From the NCBI RefSeq assembly GCF_009914755.1, contig NC_060941.1: a stretch of 64,000 nucleotides of DNA; one strand, 5' to 3'. How positions within the stretch are numbered: the stretch's first letter is position 1; every line of letters starts with the position of its first letter. The notes beneath the pieces are model-generated. The model saw only the letters and a program-made list of their open reading frames with translations. It was not told the origin of the DNA and searched no databases. Made by a program: the position numbers and the translations under genes. This DNA is from the human T2T-CHM13v2.0 reference genome, Homo sapiens. This document shows positions 48,679-64,000 of the stretch, piece by piece.

Positions 48679-48743
48679 GTATGCCCAACCATATACACAT
48701 GGGAGCAGGACCTCCACCTCAGTTTAACCGGATGGAAGAAATG
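48679..48743 (+). CDS. CASC3: CASC3 coding exon 8
   Basis: ttacag|GT ATG CCC AAC ([22 protein letters not shown]); ATG|gtacag. Confidence 0.94.
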
Positions 48744-48822
48744 GTACAGAAGGGGAAAGGGGTAGATGGGGGAGGGAGCTGCCTGTTACACAGCTTGTTC
48801 ATTGTTTAAACCAAGATAAGGT

Positions 48823-49140
48823 CTTTTTTTTTTTTCTTTTCTTTCTTTCTTTTTTTTTGAGACAGAGTCTCGCTCTGTTGCCCAGGCTAGAGTGCAGTGA
48901 CGGGATCACGGCTCACTGCAAGCTCTGCCTCCTGGGTCCCAGTTCAAGCAATTCTGCCTCAGCCTCCCGAGTAGCTGGCATTACAGGCACGTGCCATCAT
49001 GCCCAGCTAATTTTTGTATTTTTAGTAAAGACAGGGTTTCACCATGTTGGCCAGGCTGGTCCTGACTCCTGACCTCATGATCCACCCACCCTGGCCTCCC
49101 AAAGTATTGGGATTACAGGCATGAGCCACCACGCCCGGCC
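48823..49140 (-). mobile_element. Alu in CASC3 intron 8
   Basis: Alu consensus; TSD-like AAGATAA flanks. Confidence 0.92.
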
Positions 49141-49379
49141 AAGATAAAGTCAGTTTTTCCATTGATTATGCATGTTTCTTTTAATTTGGATCTCCTAAAT
49201 GTAAGGTAGAAGGTTTAGGTTCAAATCTTGATATCTTTTCATTATTTTTCAGCTCACTTTGCAAATATCCATTAAATACCTGCCATGTACCAAGTGTTTT
49301 TCAACACCTAAAGGAAGGTAGGACTTGATATGAGAGCCCTCTAGAATTCTTATTGTTTAGGCCTCTTTCTTTGTCTCAG

Positions 49380-49494
49380 GGTGTCCAGGGTGGTCGAGCC
49401 AAACGCTATTCATCCCAGCGGCAAAGACCTGTGCCAGAGCCCCCCGCCCCTCCAGTGCATATCAGTATCATGGAGGGACATTACTATGATCCAC
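49380..49494 (+). CDS. CASC3: CASC3 coding exon 9
   Basis: tgtctcag|GGT GTC CAG (GVQGGRAKRYSSQRQRP...YYDP); C|gtgagt. Confidence 0.95.
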
Positions 49495-49731
49495 GTGAGT
49501 TTTTTCTTACTGTTGGGGTACTTTTCTTGGCAGGGTGAAGTGAAGTAAGATACCAGGCTCCTGGCTCCTGAATTTCTCTTCTGACCTCTTATAGTGGTTA
49601 TCAAACATTGTCTGGTTGCTGTTTTCTTCGCATGGAATATTGAGAACATCTTTTAAAGGGCTTGGGGAACAAGGAGACTTGTCCATGTGAAGAGTAAGGG
49701 TTTATGAGAGTCCCAATGTGATATCTTACAG

Positions 49732-49830
49732 TGCAGTTCCAGGGACCAATCTATACCCATGGTGACAGCCCTGCCCCGCTGCCTCCACAGGGCATGCTTG
49801 TGCAGCCAGGAATGAACCTTCCCCACCCAG
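49732..49830 (+). CDS. CASC3: CASC3 coding exon 10
   Basis: cttacag|TG CAG TTC; ends CCA G|gtaagc. Confidence 0.94.
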
Positions 49831-50084
49831 GTAAGCTTTGTGTCTCTGCTTATATGCTTCCAGTACCTGAGGATATATGTTGGGAGTGCCACAAAACCCA
49901 TCCTCCTGAGCTTTGTGCTGCTAGCCTGGGAGTCTGGCCATCCTGGCTGCTTGGGCAACAAGTTCCTCTTGTGTCCATCCTGAGGACTTCCATTCTGAGC
50001 CTGATTATACTGAGCAGTCCAGCCGGGCCATCCTGTGAAAATGATGTTACTTTATTTTTCAGTTTTTTTCTTCTCCTTATCCAG

Positions 50085-50299
50085 GTTTACATCCCCACCA
50101 GACACCAGCTCCTCTGCCCAATCCAGGCCTCTATCCCCCACCAGTGTCCATGTCTCCAGGACAGCCACCACCTCAGCAGTTGCTTGCTCCTACTTACTTT
50201 TCTGCTCCAGGCGTCATGAACTTTGGTAATCCCAGTTACCCTTATGCTCCAGGGGCACTGCCTCCCCCACCACCGCCTCATCTGTATCCTAATACACAG
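50085..50299 (+). CDS. CASC3: CASC3 coding exon 11
   Basis: ttatccag|GT TTA CAT; ends ACA CAG|gtgaga. Confidence 0.95.
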
Positions 50300-50439
50300 G
50301 TGAGATGGCTAATGATCATGTTTTTCTAGATACACATTCTTTAATTCAGACAGGAATGTGGTATGGGGAGAATGCTAAAGGAATTTGAGAGAACATTTCA
50401 GTGCCACTGATTTGTATGTGACACCAAGACGCCTCTTAG

Positions 50440-50770
<331 letters not shown>

Positions 50771-51204
50771 TTCAGTTTCTTTAATGGTGTTTCTTTCCTG
50801 TGTTGTGGTACATCATAGGTGGCAATACCTGGTTTTTACTCTATTGCATAAAGAAGCTGTATTCTACTCCTTATCACCCCTACCTCTGTCCTGCTTAACT
50901 TCCACCACGTTGACATAATCAAGTATCTGTAGTGTCGCTACTGAACTCAGCCTTTTCCATTTGTCAGCTGATGGTAGGAATTAGAGAAAGCTGGGCAGTA
51001 CTTTGAAGAAATAAAAACCAGAGCATAATAATGAAGAATTAAGGCAAAAATGAATAGTCACTTTATTTTGAAGGGTGGGCAGATTAGATATTTTTAAAAT
51101 TATAAATTCCCCAATTCTCTTATGGCTGAATAATATTTCCTGTTCATCATAGGTTGGATGAATTCATTCCTAACTTTTTCTTCTCCTGGCTTGTGGGGTC
51201 CCAG

Positions 51205-51327
51205 GCCCCATCACAGGTATATGGAGGAGTGACCTACTATAACCCCGCCCAGCAGCAGGTGCAGCCAAAGCCCTCCCCACCCCGGAGGACTCCCCAGCCA
51301 GTCACCATCAAGCCCCCTCCACCTGAG
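51205..51327 (+). CDS. CASC3: CASC3 coding exon 12
   Basis: cccag|GCC CCA TCA CAG GTA TAT GGA GGA GTG ACC TAC TAT; ends GAG|gtatga. Confidence 0.94.
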
Positions 51328-51478
51328 GTATGAGAGTTCCTTCCTATACTTAATGCACATGCTCCGTCAGTGGGCTTTCCTTCTCCCCAGAGGATTTCCC
51401 TCATTTTCTGGGTGTGTTTCTCTGGAAAACAGTCTTTTTGTTATGACCTGATAACAAATTCCAACTTTGTTATTTCAG

Positions 51479-51502
51479 GTTGTAAGCAGGGGTTCCAGTT
51501 AA
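51479..51502 (+). CDS. CASC3: CASC3 exon 13 coding part (VVSRGSS*); exon continues as 3'UTR to 51543
   Basis: tttcag|GTT GTA AGC AGG GGT TCC AGT TAA; donor AAA|gtaagt at 51544. Confidence 0.93.
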   Translation, partial: VVSRGSS

Positions 51503-51620
51503 TACAAGTTTCTGAATATTTTAAATCTTAACATCATATAAAAGTAAGTGCACAACTTACTGTGAATATTGTTAAAACTAATGCTCACACTTGCTTAATA
51601 AACAAAAATCACTTAATTAA

Positions 51621-51983
<363 letters not shown>

Positions 51984-52325
51984 TAAAGGAGTCCTGAAAT
52001 TTGCCAGTTTGTTTGTTTGGCAAGTGTATTGGGCAGGGTTGAAGTAGAAACGATTGTTAACATGACAGTTTTCAATTGGGAAGCTACAAGGAAAAAATAC
52101 AGGAAGGCAGTCAAGGAAAAGGGAAATCTAAATTTGAGATGTTATAGCAGAAAAAACCAGTTCTAAAGATCATAGAGGAGAAGGACTGGGGGTTTTGTTG
52201 CTTTTGTTTAAGGACATTACTTAAAACACATTATTTAGAAGTGTGGCTTTTTGAAAACAGCTTGTGAATGCCCAGAAGGCCCACTAACACTTTGGTGGTT
52301 CTTCCCTTTTTCCAACCCCTGTCAG

Positions 52326-54055
52326 AGCAGCAGAGGTGAGAACTCAGAAGAGAAATACAGCTGGCTATCTACTACCAGAAGGGCTTCAAAGATATAGGGT
52401 GTGGCTCCTACCAGCAAACAGCTGAAAGAGGAGGACCCCTGCCTTCCTCTGAGGACAGGCTCTAGAGAGAGGGAGAAACAAGTGGACCTCGTCCCATCTT
52501 CACTCTTCACTTGAGTTGGCTGTGTTCGGGGGAGCAGAGAGAGCCAGACAGCCCCAAGCTTCTGAGTCTAGATACAGAAGCCCATGTCTTCTGCTGTTCT
52601 TCACTTCTGGGAAATTGAAGTGTCTTCTGTTCCCAAGGAAGCTCCTTCCTGTTTGTTTTGTTTTCTAAGATGTTCATTTTTAAAGCCTGGCTTCTTATCC
52701 TTAATATTATTTTAATTTTTTCTCTTTGTTTCTGTTTCTTGCTCTCTCTCCCTGCCTTTAAATGAAACAAGTCTAGTCTTCTGGTTTTCTAGCCCCTCTG
52801 GATTCCCTTTTGACTCTTCCGTGCATCCCAGATAATGGAGAATGTATCAGCCAGCCTTCCCCACCAAGTCTAAAAAGACCTGGCCTTTCACTTTTAGTTG
52901 GCATTTGTTATCCTCTTGTATACTTGTATTCCCTTAACTCTAACCCTGTGGAAGCATGGCTGTCTGCACAGAGGGTCCCATTGTGCAGAAAAGCTCAGAG
53001 TAGGTGGGTAGGAGCCCTTCTCTTTGACTTAGGTTTTTAGGAGTCTGAGCATCCATCAATACCTGTACTATGATGGGCTTCTGTTCTCTGCTGAGGGCCA
53101 ATACCCTACTGTGGGGAGAGATGGCACACCAGATGCTTTTGTGAGAAAGGGATGGTGGAGTGAGAGCCTTTGCCTTTAGGGGTGTGTATTCACATAGTCC
53201 TCAGGGCTCAGTCTTTTGAGGTAAGTGGAATTAGAGGGCCTTGCTTCTCTTCTTTCCATTCTTCTTGCTACACCCCTTTTCCAGTTGCTGTGGACCAATG
53301 CATCTCTTTAAAGGCAAATATTATCCAGCAAGCAGTCTACCCTGTCCTTTGCAATTGCTCTTCTCCACGTCTTTCCTGCTACAAGTGTTTTAGATGTTAC
53401 TACCTTATTTTCCCCGAATTCTATTTTTGTCCTTGCAGACAGAATATAAAAACTCCTGGGCTTAAGGCCTAAGGAAGCCAGTCACCTTCTGGGCAAGGGC
53501 TCCTATCTTTCCTCCCTATCCATGGCACTAAACCACTTCTCTGCTGCCTCTGTGGAAGAGATTCCTATTACTGCAGTACATACGTCTGCCAGGGGTAACC
53601 TGGCCACTGTCCCTGTCCTTCTACAGAACCTGAGGGCAAAGATGGTGGCTGTGTCTCTCCCCGGTAATGTCACTGTTTTTATTCCTTCCATCTAGCAGCT
53701 GGCCTAATCACTCTGAGTCACAGGTGTGGGATGGAGAGTGGGGAGAGGCACTTAATCTGTAACCCCCAAGGAGGAAATAACTAAGAGATTCTTCTAGGGG
53801 TAGCTGGTGGTTGTGCCTTTTGTAGGCTGTTCCCTTTGCCTTAAACCTGAAGATGTCTCCTCAAGCCTGTGGGCAGCATGCCCAGATTCCCAGACCTTAA
53901 GACACTGTGAGAGTTGTCTCTGTTGGTCCACTGTGTTTAGTTGCAAGGATTTTTCCATGTGTGGTGGTGTTTTTTGTTACTGTTTTAAAGGGTGCCCATT
54001 TGTGATCAGCATTGTGACTTGGAGATAATAAAATTTAGACTATAAACTTGGCTCC
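52326..54055 (+). other. CASC3: CASC3 terminal non-coding exon (3'UTR)
   Basis: Branch-point-like cactaac (~52282), pyrimidine tract, gtcag| acceptor; AATAAA at 54027-54032 followed by GU-rich sequence. Confidence 0.85.
54027..54032 (+). terminator. CASC3 polyadenylation signal
   Basis: AATAAA with downstream tgttttg element. Confidence 0.8.
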
Positions 54056-54465
54056 CTTGCCAGTGTTTTGCATGAGTCTTGATTTGGGAGGGAGGGAAGA
54101 GGACTCCCTAATTCCCCCACAGGGTCACGGTCACAACTCAGGTCAGCCCAAGTTGTGAAACAGAAGCCCAGAGAGATGAGGAGCCCCTATGAGGCCATAA
54201 ATGTGTCTGCACTCCCCATCAGTTATCTTTTTTAACCACATAGATCACCAGGATGTCATGCCATCCCTTAGATTGGAAGTGTCAGGGACAGAAAAGTAGT
54301 GAGATGCTGGTTATTCACATGAGCATCTAGTATCCTTTATGGCTTCCTTTGTGTTTGGCAAGTAAGTTTCCCAAGGTAATATGCCATCAGATGTCAATAT
54401 AACTATACCAAGTCCTGGGTTGGGGGGAAGTACAGGTAGCTAGCTTTCTTGAAAAGTGAAGATGC

Positions 54466-57770
<3,305 letters not shown>

Positions 57771-58934
57771 CACTCCAGGAGGACCATGACTTGATGCTGG
57801 CTCTCCTCACTGATTCAAAATGTTGAACTTAGTCTCTGCCTGACATCCTTGAGCATTTGGGGGAGTACTGGGGTCCTGTGTCCCAAGCTTCTAGCTTCCA
57901 GAAGTCTCTCAGTCTGTTTTATTTTCAACCCCCTACACCCTTCACACTCCCCAATTCGCCCTTCCTAACCAACAATTCCCAAATCCTGCCCAGAGAGAAG
58001 GTTACCAAGGCAACCGGCTTAATCTGGTAACTGTGGCATGTGCTGGGAGAGAAGCCCTTCCCTCTTCCTATTCAGTTCATAAAATGCTACCTGGGGAGCT
58101 CCAACCCATTCCAGCCACTTTCCCCTTTCAAGCCAGGGGATATTGGAGTGTCCAATAAGGGGAGCACAGGAAGCTGATACTCAGACCTCTAATACAGCTT
58201 CTTAGCCAAAATTGTGCGCTGTCTTCTTTTTACTGTTTCCAAATCCACAAACAGATGGGTGTGCAAAGCTTTATTTCTGTGAACACATGCTCTAGCACAC
58301 ATGGGAACAGATATGCACATACATTGATACGTATGTCATACACACCCTGTTCAGTTTTACTACCACTCCCAGCCATTAGCATTCCTGTCTCTGCCTGGTT
58401 GGTGCTCGGTAAACAGGGGTGGGGCATTGTCCAGAGAGCCTCAACCCATCGAGAACCTGCTGCCACTCCCACACCTTGTAAGTCTAACCTGGATGTTCTC
58501 ACACTTAGCATGGCTTTACGATGCACCCCCCTCCTCCCCCACACTCCTTCTGGGGCAGCATATCCTTAAGGACAGAATGCTCCTGGTGTGGGCATCAGGA
58601 GTAAGGATTACTTGGAGTGCTAATTGGCACCACTTTTCCCACTCCATGGCCATGTACACTTGGGCTCTGTGCTTGATGATAGTCGGCAGTTCTGGGGCTT
58701 GTCACCTGTCTCCATGGCCCTGCTTCCTTCTGCTGCCAGCTGGGCTCAGGTGCCCTTGTGCTCCTGGTCTCCTCCCCACTGCCTATTATCCCCTCCTCAC
58801 CCCAGCTAGACCTGCCACAACCTGCTGCTCCCTGCCTGGCTCCTACCTGCCTGCCAGTACCTGCCCACAGACCAGGCCCACACCACCTATTGTGCCCTAC
58901 CAGAGAGGACAGATGGGCACCGCCTCCAGTGGCA

Positions 58935-59001
58935 ATGCTAATTCACCCAAGAGGCCTTCCCAGCTCTTCTCACAGAAGGAAGATAAACTCCACATATTTC
59001 T
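58935..59001 (+). CDS. RAPGEFL1: Probable alternative first coding exon of RAPGEFL1 (MLIHPRGLPSSSHRRKINSTYF...)
   Basis: gcaATGc; 67 nt ending T|gtgagt in phase 1, compatible with exon 2. Confidence 0.55.
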
Positions 59002-59377
59002 GTGAGTATGAGAAAGGTGCACACTCTTGGGTTCAGCAATCTGTAGGCCTGACTTGGGTACACAGGTAGGTGAGTGAAGGTGTCCAGGCCACAGACCTGT
59101 CCTGACTCTTTGAAATGATGCTGAGACCCGGTTATCCCTTGAGCCAGGAATCCTTCCCCATTGGTAAATCTCTGACTTACCTTTGCCCTTAATTTCTTCT
59201 GCTTAGAACCCAAGTCCCTTACTGTTTCCCTCGCGGTCAACCCCAGCGCGCGAGTTCAAGCCTCGTGCGGCGCGGGGGCGAGCCGAGGAAGGGTAGGGGC
59301 GGGGACTGGGCGGGGACTGGAGGAGGGGGCGCGGTCTCGGTTCTGCCACCTTCCCCCTCTTCACGGCCAGGAGCGCA

Positions 59378-59400
59378 GCCGCCGCCGCCGCCGCCGCCGC
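59378..59400. repeat. (GCC)7 trinucleotide repeat in RAPGEFL1 5' region
   Basis: Read directly. Confidence 0.95.
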
Positions 59401-59740
59401 GTCCTCTCAGCCTTGCGCTCCGCCCGCTGCCTCTGCCGCCGCAGCGCAGAGCCGGGCGCACCGGCCCCGCAGCCTGCCCACTCTTCGGGCCGCGTGCCGG
59501 CTGCAGCCGGCATGGGGGGTTGCTGAGAGCGAGCACTCCTTTCCTCTGGCACCTCCCCCGGCTACTGGCCACTGGACTCTGGCCAGCGAGGCTCGGCCCC
59601 TCTGGCCCCCAGTCTGGCGCCTGGCACGGCCCTCTACTCTGCTCCTCCAGCTCTGAGCATCGTGTCTTCGCCGCCCCCCCCGCCCGCGCCTGGGATACCT
59701 GGGTCCCCCGGCGACCCCTAGGAGAGGGGCGGGGGGGGGC

Positions 59741-60260
59741 ATGAAGCCGCTGGAGAAATTTCTGAAGAAGCAGACGTCGCAGCTGGCGGGCCGAACGGTG
59801 GCGGGAGGTCCCGGCGGGGGTCTGGGGAGCTGCGGTGGGCCTGGAGGGGGTGGGGGACCCGGCGGGGGCGGCGGTCCAGCCGGGGGACAGCGGTCGTTGC
59901 AGCGGCGTCAGAGCGTGTCTCGCCTGCTGCTCCCCGCTTTCCTCCGGGAGCCCCCCGCCGAGCCGGGGCTGGAGCCGCCCCCTGAGGAGGAAGGAGGAGA
60001 GCCGGCGGGGGTCGCGGAGGAGCCGGGCAGCGGGGGGCCCTGCTGGCTGCAGCTGGAGGAGGTGCCGGGGCCCGGGCCTCTCGGGGGAGGGGGGCCCCTG
60101 CGCTCCCCTTCCTCCTACTCATCTGACGAGCTGTCCCCAGGCGAGCCCTTGACTTCGCCGCCCTGGGCCCCTCTGGGCGCCCCCGAGCGGCCCGAGCATC
60201 TTCTGAACCGGGTTCTGGAGCGGCTTGCTGGAGGGGCTACCAGGGACAGCGCCGCCTCAG
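59741..60260 (+). CDS. RAPGEFL1: RAPGEFL1 (Rap guanine nucleotide exchange factor-like 1 / Link-GEFII) coding exon 1
   Basis: ATG AAG CCG (MKPLEKFLKKQTSQLAGR...RDSAAS); ends TCA G|gtaagg; lies in CpG island downstream of CASC3. Confidence 0.9.
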
Positions 60261-60762
60261 GTAAGGAGCCGGTGGGCTCGAACACCCAGAGCAGGGGCTG
60301 GCCCCGGCTCCTCTTCCTTGCCCTTGGAGCGTAGGGGTGGCGCCGTGCCGGGGCTTGGTTATAGGGTTGAGTGGTCCGCGGAAGCCGGCTAGGGGCCTAG
60401 CGGAGGTACAGACCCTCCCGCGGAAGAGGAGAGCAGTACTCACCTTCCTCCCTACAGCAGCCTCACCCTCGTCTGGAGAAGCAGCTGAGCCTCTTACTCT
60501 CCTTCAGCCACCCTTCCTTTCCCCTGGGCATTGGAGCCACTGACTCCCATGGGTCCCTGATGTTGAATACCTCCTCCTGTGGCCCCAAATTAGGGCCTGA
60601 CACATTAAAATGGGAGCTGCCCAGCGCAGCCATGCCACCCGCCAGAGGTGCTTTAGCCCTGAAAACCCTGGGGTCCCTGACTGTTCAGAGGCCTACACAG
60701 CGCAGGCTGACCCACCCAGGGAGGCAGTGCCAGACAGGCACAGGCCCCAAGCTGCCTTTTAG

Positions 60763-61396
<634 letters not shown>

Positions 61397-63494
61397 CACA
61401 CGGCCTCTTTAAAATATAATCACCACACCCTGAGAAGCTTATTCCCTAAATGATGATACTATTTCACCACTCCCTTTCAGCACCCCTACTAAGGGGCCTT
61501 TGAGGAAACCAAGGCCCCAAATCTGGTTAGTTCTGAGGTAGAAGACCGAGGGTTCTTTAGGTCTAGCTCTAGGCATTACTCTAAGCCCAGGAGGGTCTGA
61601 GGTTTGGGAGCCCCGGCTGAGGCCCTAATGGTGAGGGCTTTCACACTTGCTCTCAGCCCTCGGCAGGGAACCCCAACCTAGATGTGTGGAGGGGGGCTCC
61701 ACTCTCCTAGATCCTTCTCAAGACCTGGGTCCTCTCCTTTGGAGCAGGCTGTAGTTGCCCTGGGGAGCTGACACCTTTTGGATTTAATTAGAAAAATATC
61801 AGACACACACAGCTCTCCTAACCATAACTTCCCGCCTACACCACACACCCTGTGTCTCTATGACACATTCCCTAGGGAGGCTGTACATTGGCCCAGAGCC
61901 TGCTTTGGAAAAGACAGATGCCCAACTGTGGCCCCCATATCAGCATCTCCCCAACTCTGCCCCATCTTACTCTTCCTTTGCTCCAGCTTAGGAATCCTGT
62001 GAGATAAAGTCTATGAAGGATGTCAGGCCTCTCGTTTCCTCACCCTCATCCCTGAAGCTGGGGGTCAGAGCTGGAGGCTCTCTGACTCATTGTAAGAACA
62101 CAGCAGGGTAGCTGGGCAGGGAGGAAAAGGGAGAAGCTGTCTTTCCCCTTTTACAGGGGCCTGGTGCCACACGCTCCGCTCATTCTCCCCTGGGGTAAGA
62201 CTCCTGAAATGTCACCCATGTTATCTGGCAGCCTGGATCCCCAGAGTAACTAGTTTGGGAAATTCCAAACCAGTCCCAGGTGAATGAGAATCAGCTTAAC
62301 CTGCCACTCTGATGTTCTCCAATAAAACCAATGTTCTCAAGTCATCCTGGTCTCCTCCCAGGGTGTGTGGGAGGAGAGAACTTACAGAAGTTACTCTGAA
62401 CCTACCAAAGCCTCTCCAACGTCCAAGCAGCCCCCTCTGACCGCTAGGTTTTACCCTAACACTCTGCTTGCCTCAGGCATATTGAGAAAAGGACAAAGAC
62501 TCAGGATTCTGGGTTCTTATTCCAGCTCCAGGCAAGTCCCTCCCAGCTCTGGGCCTCAGTTTCACATTTGCGAAATGAAATCCTTGAAGTCAATTACTTT
62601 GTGTTGGTTTTCCTCCTCCGCCTGCATGGCTAGAACTGACCACAGGAGATAGTGAACCAAGGGGAGTCAGAAGCCTTGGTTTTGTCCTGGGACAGTGCCT
62701 GGGGACCTGGCCCTAACCAGTCCTGGTGAGGACACCTGGCTCCCTCCCTGCACCTTGTCTGTCTGTGTGTGCCAGGTGGCCCTGCCCCACCCCAGGGCTG
62801 GCTGCAAGTCAGGGCGACCTTGTACCCGGCTGACTGGCTGAGCCAGGCCCAGACGGGGGTGTGGAGGGGAAAGGGGTGGTGAGAGGAGCCGCTCCCCTTC
62901 ACCATTCCATCATTAACCCTTCTGTCTCTGGGCCCCTAAAGGACACAGGATTTCTATTTAAAGGTTCTGGGATCAAAGTGATGGCAGTCTCTCCATCTCC
63001 CTTTTAATCAGGCTGGTTCCCACCTGCCTAGTTAGAACTCAAAGCTGTTAGGTGGGAAATGGGGAGGGGAAGAGGGATACACACACATGCACACACACAG
63101 TCCCCACTGATGCTAACCTCTGTGTTTGGAAATACTCTTTGTCTGGAGACACTTCTGTGGGCTACTTCTTTTTTCAGGCAGAACTCAACCTTGGTGTGTT
63201 ATCTGACCAACTTCCCACATACGCTGAAGAGAAGTGCACATGGCCATCAAAGGCACGCGCCCCCCCCTTCCCTTCAGCTGCCTTGGCAGCTGCCGAACCC
63301 ACCCTCGCAGTGGCTGCCCAGAACCTTTACACATGTATGTGTGCGCGTGTGCAGAGCATGACAAGGCAGGTGGCTGGGGCTCCAGCCTGGCTAAAGAGAA
63401 CTTGCCCTTAGGGGCAAGAGAGGGAGGCACTGCATTTCCAGTTTCGTTCTGGAAGTGCCCACCTGACATCTGTGGTGCCCACTGATCTTTACAG

Positions 63495-63573
63495 ATATCC
63501 TGCTGGATGACATTGTCCTTACCCATTCTCTCTTCCTCCCGACGGAGAAATTTCTGCAGGAGCTACACCAGTA
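63495..63573 (+). CDS. RAPGEFL1: RAPGEFL1 coding exon 2 (REM/N-terminal RasGEF-like segment), ends at a U12-type donor
   Basis: ctttacag|AT ATC CTG CTG GAT GAC ([26 protein letters not shown]); then TA|ATATCCTTTT. Confidence 0.9.
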
Positions 63574-63608
63574 ATATCCTTTTGTGGAGTTTGGAAAAGG
63601 AGAGGTCA

Positions 63609-63993
<385 letters not shown>

Positions 63994-64000
63994 TCAGTCC

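Larger units (their letters stand above)
59230..60430. promoter_or_regulatory. CpG island / promoter of RAPGEFL1
   Basis: CpG-rich; GGGGCGGGG boxes at ~59296-59315; (GCC)7 at 59378-59400. Confidence 0.88.

Noticed and set aside
59237-60152. Overlapping ORFs in the RAPGEFL1 island other than 59741-60260
   Set aside because: GC-rich shadow frames

Overview
Human (primate) genomic DNA; the proteins identify it as the 17q21.1 locus, with three tandem + strand genes. (1) Complete MSL1: 9 coding exons, 4497-16253, 1845 nt = 614 aa, scaffold of the MSL/KAT8 H4K16 acetyltransferase complex. (2) Complete CASC3/MLN51/Barentsz: 13 coding exons plus one 3'UTR exon, CDS 22433-51502, 2112 nt = 703 aa, exon-junction-complex protein; intron 4 holds the mirtron MIR6866. 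(3) The 5' part of RAPGEFL1: exon 1 at 59741-60260, exon 2 at 63495-63573 ending at a U12-type AT donor, and an upstream alternative first exon. Each gene has a CpG-island promoter. The rest is very Alu-dense, with L2, L1M, MIR, MER5, MER47 and Tigger2-like fragments; repeat boundaries are by eye and approximate. Most short ORFs in the ORF track are Alu or microsatellite artefacts. I see no wholly new gene system. The best leads are regulatory: MSL1 intron 3 (intronic polyadenylation, candidate cassette and poison exons, a perfect palindrome); a GGGTTAA cluster and stacked uORFs at MSL1; NMD-relevant architecture at the CASC3 3' end; a stop codon built into the RAPGEFL1 minor-intron donor; and an apparent templated-insertion scar copying MSL1 exon 2 sequence into an Alu.
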